A stretch of DNA of 58,355 bases, counting the filler, from Jimgerdemannia flammicorona (Eukaryota), in the NCBI GenBank assembly GCA_003990765.1. It is 2 parts of 2 records of this genome, joined end to end, with 100 filler letters (N's around TTAATTAATTAA, not from the genome) between each part and the next. Parts side by side here need not be neighbours in the genome. Positions count along the whole stretch, not along the records: positions 1 to 29,128 come from RBNJ01000514.1; 1 more part is not named here. The stretch is one strand, 5' to 3'. This document shows positions 10,821 through 23,150 of this stretch, one piece after another (position 1 is the first letter of the stretch; every line of letters begins with the position of its first letter). Under the pieces are notes generated by a model. The model did not search any database. It had not been told where the DNA came from and saw nothing but the letters and a program-made list of their open reading frames with translations. Position numbers and translations under genes: made by a program.

Positions 10821-11610
10821 CTTAGAAGTATACGGCCGGTTGTATAGTAACTGAATAAAAATGGGGTTGTACCTAACATCAACTAAATTTAACGTACTCA
10901 AATAGGCAGGTGGAACTGAATTTCGCGCCGGCATAGTATGCACAGAACACCGACAATGACTAGCGCGGAACAATGAGATAAATCTAATTGGATAACTGTT
11001 TTCTGTCCAAAGCAAACATGCGGATGTTTAGTTACACCAATCGAGAATGGATTGCATGGCACAGGCGATGGCGTCAGTTATTGAGTGATGGCGGCTTGCG
11101 GCATGCGCGGCTTATGCGTAGCTTGGCTTGATCAACAAAAAGGACGAAATTTTCTAAGCCTGGTTTTGTTTGGCCCATCACTCATCTGACGGTGTGAATG
11201 TGACTTTGCAGAGCTCTGTTTGGCACTAACATTACCAAATCAAAGACCGTAAAGACTTTCTATCCGCTGACAAATTACGAATCACGGTGTGGCTGGTATT
11301 GACATCTCTCCAAATGCCACATATGTTTACGTGGTTATATGATGAAAAGCTCCCCAATTTGGAATTTCTGCTCAATCAGATACGCTTGCGCAGCATGGAG
11401 GGATGCGTGTTTGTGCCCATCCAAGATGAGACCAGATGTTACTGGTAGTGTCCAAATGCCATCGGATGATTGTTTGTCGGACAGGGTTTTTTCCAGGAGC
11501 AGATCAATTTCGGTTTGTAACGGTTATCCTTGCAGTTGCCATCTGCTATAAGTAGAGGTACGGCCTGTGAAGTTTATAGACAACATTTCAATTCACCGAG
11601 ACCTCTCAAA

Positions 11611-12858
11611 ATGCCCACCCAACGCAAGAGAACCAAGTTCCACATTTGGTTTAAAAATTTCCTTCTCGCTTCCTTCATCGCCTTTGTCATCTTCGCCGCC
11701 TTGGCTGTCTCTTGGTATATTTGGAGAAACAAATCTTCAACTTCACCTCCGGAGAGCCACGTAGAAATGCACCCAGATCTCAAATTCAATATATCTTTCC
11801 AAAAAGTTTCCTTCGACGACTTAACTTTTCAGATTTATTTCGAATTTGCACCCTTTAATAATTTCACCGACGCCAACCGAACTCTTCTAAAACGGATCAA
11901 GATTAGAATTGACGACGTGCCACAGATAATCAGAGTCAATTCCACTGCCAAAGTTTGGAGAGGGTGGGGGAGCTCAGCGAATCTGCATGGATCCCCAGGA
12001 GACTATCCATTCGATGAATGGGAAGGCCAAGTACTCTTCGATGCGGCCGAGGATATCCCGTCGCACTCGGCAACGGGCCAAAATATCACGTTGCCGCCGG
12101 CAAAGCCAAAGATGCAAATTGCCATAAATTACGACTATCCATCACTATATGGTTGTACAATCTATTCAGAGTCGACAAAGGATGGATTCTTTTTTTATTT
12201 CAGATTTAATAGATTGAGTATAGTGAAGGGTTTCAGGTAAGCTCAATTAATACAATTACCATCTTGTGATGCGTTCCTTGTCTTTATTATCAACAATCAT
12301 GTTAGCTAATAGTGGATTATTGAATAGTATATTATTAGTGACAGCAATGTGGGTTATTATCTCCTTGTACACGTTCTTGACAATGAAGTTTTTATTCTTT
12401 ATAGAGGTAAAATTTCTCAGTCATTTTCACATTTATTAGTAATGTGATACACCCGAGATCTTTTATTGACGTAAAATAACCATATACCATATAGAAAAAC
12501 CCGCAATATGTTCAAGAGATTATCGGTTACAGTTCTCTCGGCGCTGCGATGCTCTTCGCAATGTCGTCTGTACGAAGTGCGCAACCTGGTGTCCCTACGA
12601 TAGCCTGTTTTACTGATGTGAGTACATTTTATACAATAGATTTAATGTGGCAAACGTCCCCCAGCAAAACGTCATTTTCTAATATTGTGGAAATCTGTTC
12701 AACTTTAGATTGTGGGATTCTTCTGGTTCAATTTAATACTATGCTTTTGCTTGGCGTGCCTCATTATTAAGGCACTTACAACTCAGATCAGAAGAGCGTT
12801 GGCGATGGAAAAAGCGGCTAAAGAAGAACCGGACGAGGAGATGTTGATAAAAAAGTAG
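11611..12858 (+). CDS. DUF4436-like integral membrane protein, 4 exons (11611-12236, 12328-12406, 12495-12617, 12709-12858)
   Basis: Three GT-AG introns join in frame with no internal stop. N-terminal TM helix, GDYPFDEW motif, and C-terminal AAMLFAMSSVRSAQPGVPTIACFTDIVGFFW with three TM helices, as in DUF4436. Confidence 0.8.
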
Positions 12859-13429
12859 TTGAAAATGGTGGAACATGTATAATTAAGCTTTTTTCTTTTT
12901 TTTTTTTTCTCTTTTTTTCCGTGAGATAATTGTTATCAGGCACGTCAAATAAAAATATTGGTTTGATCAGTAAGACGTCTGTCTATTGGGTTCCAATTTC
13001 GCTATCCCAAAAACATCGCCGAAAAACGCTATACGAGCTTCCAAATAGTGAAAGTTGTCTTTGGTCACTTGCCGGGCCTCCCTTTACGAGGAATGGAATT
13101 CAGAGAAAATGCGGTAACATAAACATGCTGAAAAATTTCCCGGACCGGGGACGGGTCACCGATCACAGTCGAAGTCAAATAAAGTTTGGAAGGGCGTTGT
13201 CCGGATGACCTATGTCGGGTTTGAACGTTGTCGGGGGTCCACCCAAAGAACGCCACACGAATCTTCATTATCTTTACCAACTTGTAGAGTATATATTTGA
13301 GGAAGAATGAAATGTCTCATGTATTCAGAGAAAAAGCTTCCATCAATCTATCTGAAAGAATAGTATTGATCAAGATACATTAATATTGCTTTCATATATA
13401 TCAATCATATATTACATTTAATAATAGGT

Positions 13430-15000
13430 CTCAAATTTTCTAAAATATGTTACTAGAATACAATCTCCAGATTTCCAAATTTGGTTAGTGTAAAATAATC
13501 TGCCAATAAGATTTGATCAACTCATTATATTTTGAAATTTTACCACATAAAATATTATTTCAATGTTTATTCCTCTACAATCTATCAATAATTACATATT
13601 TTGCTATATAATTACAGAGTCAAATTTTACCAAATATATATAATATCTAAAGGAATAATGTTGGTCAGAGTATATTTATTTCACTTCTATATATATTAAT
13701 TATTCTAGTGATAGTATTTACTTTCTCTAAAATATATTACTAGAATATAATCTCTAGATTTCTGAAATTTAATTAGTGTGAAATACTATCTATTAATAAG
13801 ATCTTATCAGCTTATTATATTTTGAAATTTTATCTTATAAAATATTATTTCAATAGTTAATTTCTCTGAAATCTATCAGTAATTACATATTTTGAGTTCT
13901 ATAATATTATATATTAGATATTTCTCTATATAATTATAGAGTTATATTTTGCTAAATATAATATCTGAAGAAATAAAGTTGATCAGAATATAATAATTTC
14001 ACTTCTATATATATATATTAATTATTTTAGTAATAGTTTAATTTCTAAAAAAAAAATGTATTATATACTAAAATATAATCTCTAGATTTCTGAAATTTGG
14101 TTAGTGTAAAATACTATCTACTAATAAGATCTTATATTTTGAAATTTTACTTTTATTTCAATAGTTAATTCCTCTGTAATCAATCAGCAATTATATATAT
14201 TGAGCTTTGTAATATTATATATTAGATATTTCTCTATATAATTACAGAGTTATATTTTGCTAAATATATATAACATCTGAAGGAATAATACTAGTCAGAG
14301 TATATTAATTTCACTTCCATATATATTAATTATTCTATTGATAGAGTTTAATTTCTCTAAAATATATTATATACTAGAATACAATCTTCAGATTGCTAAA
14401 ATTTGATTAGTGTAAAAATACTATCTGCTAATAAGATCTTAGATTTTAAAATTTTACTTTATAAAATATTATTTAGTAGTTAATTCCTCTGCAATCTATC
14501 AGTAATTATATATTTTGAGCTCTATAATATTATACATTAGGTATTTCTCTATATAGTTATAGAGCTATATTTTTCTAAATATATATAATATCTGAAGAAA
14601 TAATATTTATTAGAGTATATTAATTTCACTTTTATATATATTAATTTTTCTAGTAATAGAGTTTAATTTCTCTAAAATATATTACTAGAATCCAATCTCT
14701 AGATTTCTGAAATTTGGTTAGTATGAAATACTAACTGCTAATAAGATCTGATCAGCTTAATATATCTTGAAATTTTATTTTATAAAATATATTTCAATAG
14801 TTAATTTCTTTACAATCTATCAGCAATTATATTTTGAGCTCTATAGTAGATATTTATCTATATAATTACAGAGTTATATTTTGCTAAATATATATAATAT
14901 CTAAAGGAATAATATTAGTCAGAGTATACTAATTTTACTTCTATACATATTAATTATTCTAGTGACAGAGTTTAATTTCTCTAAAATATATTATATATAT
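13430..15000. repeat. AT-rich ~310-bp tandem repeat (about 5 units)
   Basis: The anchor TACTAGAAT(A)CAATCT recurs at ~13451, 13738, 14066, 14372 and 14683. The same family occurs at 18510-18633 and 22273-23150. Confidence 0.85.
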
Positions 15001-15250
15001 TTCTAATTGGATGGAATTCTAGTAGAAATAAATTAGATTTCACATTTTAGATCATAACTAAAAGTTGAGATGAAAAATCAGTTAACAGAAATATATATAT
15101 TGAATCTTGCCTTTACAATATAAAGTTAAATAATCAAAATTAATAGTTAGATGAAAGATCTGTAGCAAATAAAGAAATGACTTTCAGCTAAGGATTATAG
15201 AATTGATGGAAGTAAGCAAATATAAAAGTATGAACAAAATCATAAAATAA

Positions 15251-15299
<49 letters not shown>

Positions 15300-15300
15300 A

Positions 15301-15505
15301 TCCATAGTGTACAGAATGGTAGATCAGTTTTAATGTCATAAGGCTAGGACAATTTAAACTTCTATAGTATATAGGACAGCAGATCAGTTTTAATGTCATG
15401 AGGCCAGGACAATTCAAACTTCTATAGTACACAGGATGGCAGATCAGTTTTAATGTCATGAGGCCAGAATAATTTAAACATCCTATATAGGATGGTAGAT
15501 CAGCT
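15301..15505 (+). repeat. 60-bp tandem repeat (~3.3 units) following a long A tract
   Basis: AGATCAGTTTTAATGTCAT at 15321, 15381 and 15441. Confidence 0.85.
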
Positions 15506-16893
15506 TAGATAAAAAGAAGGGGTGTATTATCGAGACAGTTATATGTGCTGATGAAGGTATTATATTTGCCAATAGCAAAGAAATAATATGTTTGAACATA
15601 TATAATTTTGCTATTAGTATATCAGGACATTTTGCTTCCAATAGCAATTAGATATTTTTCATATATCTCTCTTATATTGATGACCTGACAGTTCAGTATG
15701 CTACTTTTCTTGAGCAACACAGAGTTTATGGAAAAACCCAGGTTGATCTCATGTGTGTCTCATCTGGAGAATTTGGGTAGATCACAAAAAGTAGCATACT
15801 GGATTGTTGGGCCAGTGGATCACCCGTGACATCATTCCCAATGGCAAAATTAAATAATTACTTATATACGATCTATACAGAATTGCCTAAATAGTAGAAT
15901 TTAAAGGAATTTGCCATTGGATCTGTAGATAACAGACCAACACAGTATATAAACCCATCTTGTGATTCATATTTCAATGGGCGAACCAACAACCACAAGG
16001 CAACTTGAACTTGACACCTTTTGGTGTACAAAGAGTTGATCATTATCGTCTTGGCCCATGACGTTATAACTGAGCTGCAAGCGCTTGGGTGGATAGGGAC
16101 AGTAGGCGCTATATAAATACAGCTGGAATTTGTTAAACAGGTATGCCGGGTTGATGGGTACAAGGCAACTTGGACTTGACACCTTTTGGTGTACAAAGAG
16201 TTGATCATTATTGTCTTGGCTCATGACGTTATAAGCATAGGGACATTGGGCGCTATATAAATGCAGCTGAAATTTATTAAATAGATCAAACAGGTGCCAG
16301 AGTTGATCTGTAAAGAACAAGTAAATTACATATTATCCTTAAGTCGAGCTATCCTGCCTCTTTCTATATTGATATAATGCAACCACCGCAAATGACTCGC
16401 CATCACGTAGTAACCTTGTGCCTCCACCTCCAACCCATCCCGGAATGCGACGCCATTGCCAACCATCTCGCATGCTTCGTTGTTATATAAATTTGGGGAT
16501 TTGGAAACATGTGAGAAGTGAAGCAAACTTATGTACTATCGAAATAAAGATAAGATTTGTATAAACCTAATTGAAAATATATTTCTTTTTAAAATCTATG
16601 TGACTTATCGGATACTATTGAAGCCTCGGCCTTGCGCTCTCGCCATGCCATATGCTTGATTTACAGTAGAAGCTCGTGTGCTCGACACAACATTTTCTGT
16701 TCACACACGCAACCACCCAGGCTACACATAAATCAGTCAGTGACGCAATGATTATGGCTAAGCCTCCTTGACTGTACAAAAGTTCGCTCGGCCAATAAAC
16801 GTGTTCAATCGTCTACCACACCTACTACACCCCCCAGACCTACCACCCTCAGACCTTCACACCACAGTAATCCATCGAGAGACCAACATCGCT

Positions 16894-17621
16894 ATGTCTA
16901 AACTGCTCAAAATTTTCAACAGAGGTACTCTTTTCTCAATGTTGACCTTATACAAGATACAATTTAGTAACCAATTTCATTTTTAGATCACCAAACTGAC
17001 TACGTCGAAAAGTTGAGTGGCAAATTCGGTGTGGGTACGTAGCGAAAAGATACAGATATATCTGTGCATGCAAATTACGAAAACTATTAACTAATTACTG
17101 TCTGTTCTGTATGTTAGCGGCGGAGAATCTTCCCCAACTGCTCCAAAATCAAGACATCGCAAGGGTAGTCCTCCAGGGCTGCGAGCTCATGCAAGTGGAA
17201 GACCCTATGCTTGTTATTCAATGGAAGGACTCCGGATTCAATAATGTTACTGGTGCCGTGGGAAGGAGGGATGGCGTTACAGGGCAGACGAAAGCCGCGC
17301 TGATCAATTTCATTGTTGGAAGTGGTGCGATTGATGTGCAGAACACCCACACAGCCTTTCTTTTCCGGAACGGTGATACGCTCATGACCTGTGCAGAGAT
17401 GATGCCGGCTTGGTACGAGAAAATACATTTCGTATTAAATTTATTCATTTCTTTTTGTGAGTTGGATTCTATATTAATTAGCTGACCCATTTTCCTTTCA
17501 AAGGTCCTTTCATCGGGCTGGGGTCCCTGACGTCGCCGAAGTGTGTAGGATCAACAAGCTAACCCTTAACGGTGCACTAGAATCGGAGCGGTTGAATTTC
17601 ATGTTCAATATGAATCGCTGA
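16894..17621 (+). CDS. Hypothetical ~160-aa protein, 4 exons (16894-16924, 16987-17034, 17118-17412, 17504-17621)
   Basis: All three introns are GT(AC)...AG with branch-like CTAA/CTGAC/TAAC sites and join in frame: MSKLLKIFNRDHQTDYVEKLSGKFGVAAENLPQLL...VIQWKDSGFNNV...MMPAWSFHRAGVPDVAEVCRINK...MNR*. CpG retained. Confidence 0.75.
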
Positions 17622-18633
17622 TCTTACGTAGTTGCCCATACTCCATGGATCTATCATCGTTACTCGTTCATATTTCGCGCAGTGCCATATAGCAAATGAA
17701 CCCCAGCTGTTACAGATGCGGAGCAGATATTTCGAGAAATCCTCTACGAGCAAAAATGCCTTGCAACCATCTTGATCATAAAGATCGTATTGTAAACGAG
17801 TTATTAAAATTGGCTTCATTGATTGCGTTCTGATGATAAGCCCGTTGGACGTTTGTTTACCCATTACGGAAGGAAGGCGGTGGATAGTAAGGCCAAATTG
17901 CTTAATAAATTTAATTTTCTGGAATCTCATAAGTCAAAATAGACGATAATGTTATAGTGCTTTTATCACTTTAAGCCAGTTCTGAAAATCACGCTGGTGC
18001 AAAAGGAGCGCGTTAGTTAAACTTTCCATGAAGCATCGGAAACAAAACCAAGAATGAAAGAGATCTCACTTTAGCGTGCAACTCGCCCAACATCTGGTCA
18101 GGCCCAGCCATAACGAAGTGCCAGGACCAGTAGTTGGTTCGATTCTGACACGACCTTCTCGTTCATTTCGCGGAGCCTGAAAAGCATTTGAACTGTGATG
18201 GTGGTTCAGGTTATTAGATGATGAGTAGATATGGCTCGAAAAAAATGGTGCATACGTCGTATCCCAACCCCGTTCATCACAAATTAAGCATCAAATGTCC
18301 TCGACGCTGAGCCAGAACAACATCCACATTCGTTGTGTAATGTTGTTCATTATAGCTTTGGTACAATGCAGAGCGACGTGATTGAATTCAGTAAGAAGAT
18401 GGATTAAAATTCGTGATGCGATTTGCCACAAATATGGCACGTGTGCATTATTTACGAGACCGAAACAGATCCCCCTCTTAATGAAACCGAGGTAAGGAAG
18501 TTTATAAACTTGAAGGAAATTTTATCTTATAAAATACTATTTCGATAGTTAATTTCTCTACAATCTATTAGCAATTATATATTTTGAGCTCTGTAGTATC
18601 ATATATTAGATATTTCTCTATATAATTACAGAG

Positions 18634-21463
18634 TATAATGTAGTGGATGTGGATCTTGCTAAGTTGGTAGGATTCTGGATTTCATGTGAAGGGGGGGGAA
18701 AGGGTATGTAAAGAAGACTTTTTTGACTGAGCTGAACTGACTGAGGTTTATTCACTCTAAAATACTGAGTTATTTATACAGATTTGTGTGCTAATTCTGC
18801 TACTAAATATGAGGCTAAGTAGCAAGTTATTTCATGTGAAATTCCAAGTAGAATTTCATTCATATCTCAGGTAGAATCTCATGTAAAATCCTATCTGAAG
18901 TTTGTGAAAGTAACAACAGTTTCACTGATAATGTTTTAGATGTAATGTTTACAGTAAAGGTAATTTCTACACTATAATAAATCAGGAAATCAGATTCAGA
19001 TACCATAATCAAATATCTATTTCCTATTTCTATTTCAAACTATAGATCACATCTTTTCTCTGAATAGGTTATTTTTGACACAAAAATATTTATTCAAATT
19101 TCTATATTACAATATTTATAAGTTTGTTTCTCCTATATGGACTTGTTTGTAATATTGTATCCAAGTAGTTATCAGAATGTTTTTTGAGGTCTCAATAAAG
19201 TCTTCAAATAATTAATTTAGATGATAGTGTATATATCATCAAAAGTCAAATAATGATAGTTCATATCTTTAGTGATAGCTTCTTTCAAAAGTTGAGTAGT
19301 GGCAAATTATATATCATGGAATAGCTTCCAGACTCATTGAGTACAGATTTTAGAGTAGTAAATTATATGATAAGCAGTATTTATATCTTTAAAAGTTGGG
19401 TGGCATTCTTTAAATAATTAACTTAGATAATGGTTTATATATATATTGTTAAAAGTCAGATAACAGTGTCTTTAATTCTCTATAGTAGTCTATTCATATA
19501 TTATCTTGGGTAGTTTATATATGATATCTTTTAATTCTCTATAATAGTCTATTTGTATATTATCTTGAGTGGTTCATATATGATGTTTTTTAATTCTCTA
19601 TAGCAGTTTATTCATAGGTTATCTCAGGTGGTTCATATATGATATCTTTAAATTCTGTGATCAAAAGTAAAGTGGTTTGATATATTAGATAGTATTCATC
19701 AAATAATTAACTTAGATAATAGTTTGTATACTATCAAAAGTCAGATAATAGTATTTTTTATTCTCTATAGTAGTCTATTTATATATTGTCTCAGATAGTT
19801 CATATATACTATTTTTAATTCTCTATAGCAGTCCATTCATAGATTATCTTAGATAATTTTTATATAATATCTTTTAATTCTATAGTTAAAAGTAGAGTGG
19901 TTTGATATATAATGGGCAGCATTCTTATCTTCAAAAGTCAGATAGCAATAGTCTGTATAGTAGTCTTGTTTAGTATAGTGGTTTGTTTAGTATTTTTCAG
20001 TAATTAATTCTTATAATATTATTCCTCAAACTAAGGAGTGACTCAGCTATTAACTCAATAATATAGTTCTTTGCAGAGTATTTATTGTTCAATACTGATG
20101 GTTCACAGAAATGAGGCTGATAACTGAAACAACCAATTAACAGTAAATGGTATAAAGATGAACAATATCTTTAAAAATTGAGTGATGGTCTATATAGTAG
20201 TTTATTCATCTTCTTTAAAATTGAGTAATAATAGTCTATACAGTAGTCCATATATTGTTTTCTTTAAGTATCTATACAGCAGTTCATTCACTCCTTTCTC
20301 TGCTACCTTACCAGTCACAAGGTTTGGTAGGCAATCTTCTGAGTCCCCTTTCCCCTATTATTACTCTCTCTATCTTGGGTTGGTTTGCTGTACCTGCAGG
20401 GGCATGGTGGGAGGAGGGTAATAGTGATGAGTTGCCCCTTTATTGGTGTCAGATTGGTGTCTTCTCTACTTTTTCGTAGTTTCTGGTATCTTCGGCTACA
20501 TCTGGAGTACATCCATTTTGGTGTGGTACCTTCTTCCTTTTACTATCACCAACAAGGTGCTGTCTCAGTATGTCTTGGGCTATGTAGAGAGTCAGCTGAC
20601 CTTGGGCATCAAGTGCTCAGTATAGGTTATCTGTAGGTCCTCAGTGCCTGTAGTGGGGCCCTCTGGCTTTGGCAAACTTCCCGGTGAGCACAGTTCTGGT
20701 ATAGGTGACTGTTTTTCAGGATGGGAGGGGAGATGGCTGTCACAGATAGGAGGAAGGGTGATTATGGTGAACCAGTGGGGTACTAGGTTGGGGGTGGTCA
20801 TCAGGGCTAGGGCAGACAATATTTCAGTAGGGCCTTTCAATTGGCTGGTGGGGGGTGGGGTGGTGCAGGGACCAGTGTCCTGGCTATACCCAACTGAAAC
20901 TAGGAGCTGATATGGCAATACGATCAAGGCCCACAGGCTTGGGGAGTGGGGCCTTTCTCATTTGGTAGTACCCAACTAGAACTGGAAGCTGATACAGCAA
21001 TGTGATTAAGGCCTGCAGGCACGGGAAGTGGGAGTAGGGTCTCTTCAGGTCCTAGCCCATGTGTAAGTCCTTTGAGGAAGATGCTGCATATAAGTCCTTT
21101 ACTCACCCACTTTAAATCTACTTTGCTCTCTGTTGGTTGGTTGGGGGGTTTTTTCTTTACCTTGGGCTTTCTTTTGAGGTTCAGGAGACTATTCTTTATT
21201 CAGTCCCAGTACTGCTAGATCTGACATATAGGTGTACTCTCATATATAAATGATGATCTAGCCCTAGTGAGCAGATAAGTCTAGTCTATGTCATGGGGGT
21301 TGACATAGCCAGTATTCGACAGATATAGCTGGAGTAGTGAAACTGCTGGACAATTTAGTAGCCTAGGTTAATGGGGGGATATTGTTTGGTGGGTGATGGG
21401 GGAGGGTTTTGGCCTATATAGTCTAGGTTCCCTTCCAATAAAAATCTGTAAGACTATGAGTCC

Positions 21464-21532
<69 letters not shown>

Positions 21533-22272
21533 AGTTCATTTACATGGTGGTTTGTTCAGCATATTTAGCAATTAATTCTTATAATATTATTCCTTAAACT
21601 AAGAAACAATCTAGCTATTAACTCAATAATGTATTCTTCCAGAGTATCTATTGTTTAATACTGATGATTTATAGAAATGAGACTAACAATCAGAACAACT
21701 AATTAATAGTAGATGGTATAGAGATAAATACCATATATAATAGTCTATATAGTGATCTGTATATCTTCAAAATTAGGCAGTAGCAGTTATTTATTTTTCA
21801 GCTTAAAAGTAAGGATTTATCTTGAATTACTAGCTAATAGATACTAAGTTGTAATATAGTAGATATGGATCTTGATAAGTTGATAAGATTCTAAATTTCA
21901 TATAAAGGAGGGGGGGGAGGAAGGATATATAAAGAAGACTTTTTTGAATGAGCTAAACTGACTAAGGTTTATTTATTCTAAAATACTGAGTTATTTATAC
22001 AGATTTATATACTAATTCTGCTACTAAATATGAGGCTAAGTAACAAGTTATTTCATATAAAATTCCAAGTAGAATTTCATCTATATCTTAGGTAGAATCT
22101 TATGTGAAATCATATTTGAAGTTTGTGAAAGTAACAGCAGTTTCACTGATAATGTTTTAGATATAATATCTGCAGTAAAGGTAATTTCTACACTATAATA
22201 AATCAGAAAATCAGATTCAGATACCATGATCAAATATCTATTTCCTATTTCTATTTTATATCATATATCACA
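18634..22272 (-). mobile_element. Non-autonomous LTR retroelement (TRIM/LARD-like), ~420-bp LTRs at 18634-19051 and 21850-22272
   Basis: Direct repeats T(G/A)TAAT...TCACA. Target duplication AGAG/AAAG splits the satellite motif ATTACAGAG|TTATATTTT. Purine tract on the - strand at 19052-19062. No recognisable gag/pol inside. Confidence 0.85.
20289..21531 (+). mobile_element. Non-autonomous ~1.24-kb poly(A) retroposon, copy 1
   Basis: 9-bp TSD CAGTTCATT (20280-20288 and 21532-21540), AATAAA plus a ~65-nt poly(A). Second copy at 27969-29128. Confidence 0.85.
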
Positions 22273-23150
22273 AAAGTTATATTTTATTAAATATATATAA
22301 TATCTGAAGGAATAATATTAGTCAGAGTATATTAATTTTGCTTCTATATATATTAATTATTCTAGTAACAGGGTTTAATTTCTCTAAAATATATTATATA
22401 CTAGAATACAATCTCCAGATTTTTGAAATTTAATAAGTGTGAAATACTATCTACTAATAAGATCTGATCAGTTTATTATATCTTGAAATTTTATCTTATA
22501 AAATATTATTTCAATAGATAATTCCTCTGCAATCTATTAGTAATTATATATTTTGAGCTCTGTAGTATTATATATTAGATTTTCTCTATATAATTATAGA
22601 GTTATATTTTGCTAAATATATAATATCTAAAGAAATAATATTAGTCAGAGTATACTAATTTTGCTTCTATATATATTAATTATTCTAGTAACAGAGTTTA
22701 ATTTCTCTAAAATATGTTATATATTAGAATACAATCTCCAGATTTCTGAAATTTAGTTAGTGTGAAATATTATCTACTAATGAGATCAGATCAGTTTATA
22801 ATATTTTGAAATTTTATCTTATAAAATACTATTTTCAATAGTTAATTCCTCTGCAATTTATCAGCAATTATATATTTTGAGCTCTGTAGTAAAATATATT
22901 AGACATTTCTCTATATAATTACAGAGTTATATTTTATTAAATATATATAACATCTGAAGAAATAATGTTGATCAGAGTATACTAATTTCGATTTTATATA
23001 TTAATTAATTTCTCAATAATATTTATATTTAACTATATAGAATCTATATCAGAAGTCTAAATACTATCTACTAATGAAATCTGATCAATATATCATGTCT
23101 TGAATTTTGTTTTATAATATTATATATATATATATCTGAGGAAATAACTA
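22273..23150. repeat. Continuation of the ~310-bp AT-rich satellite
   Basis: Same unit as 13430-15000. It resumes exactly where 18510-18633 was interrupted. Confidence 0.8.

Noticed and set aside
18095..18158. tRNA gene suggested by the T-arm-like GTTGGTTCGATTCTGAC
   Set aside because: I could not build a D-arm, anticodon arm or matching acceptor stem upstream.
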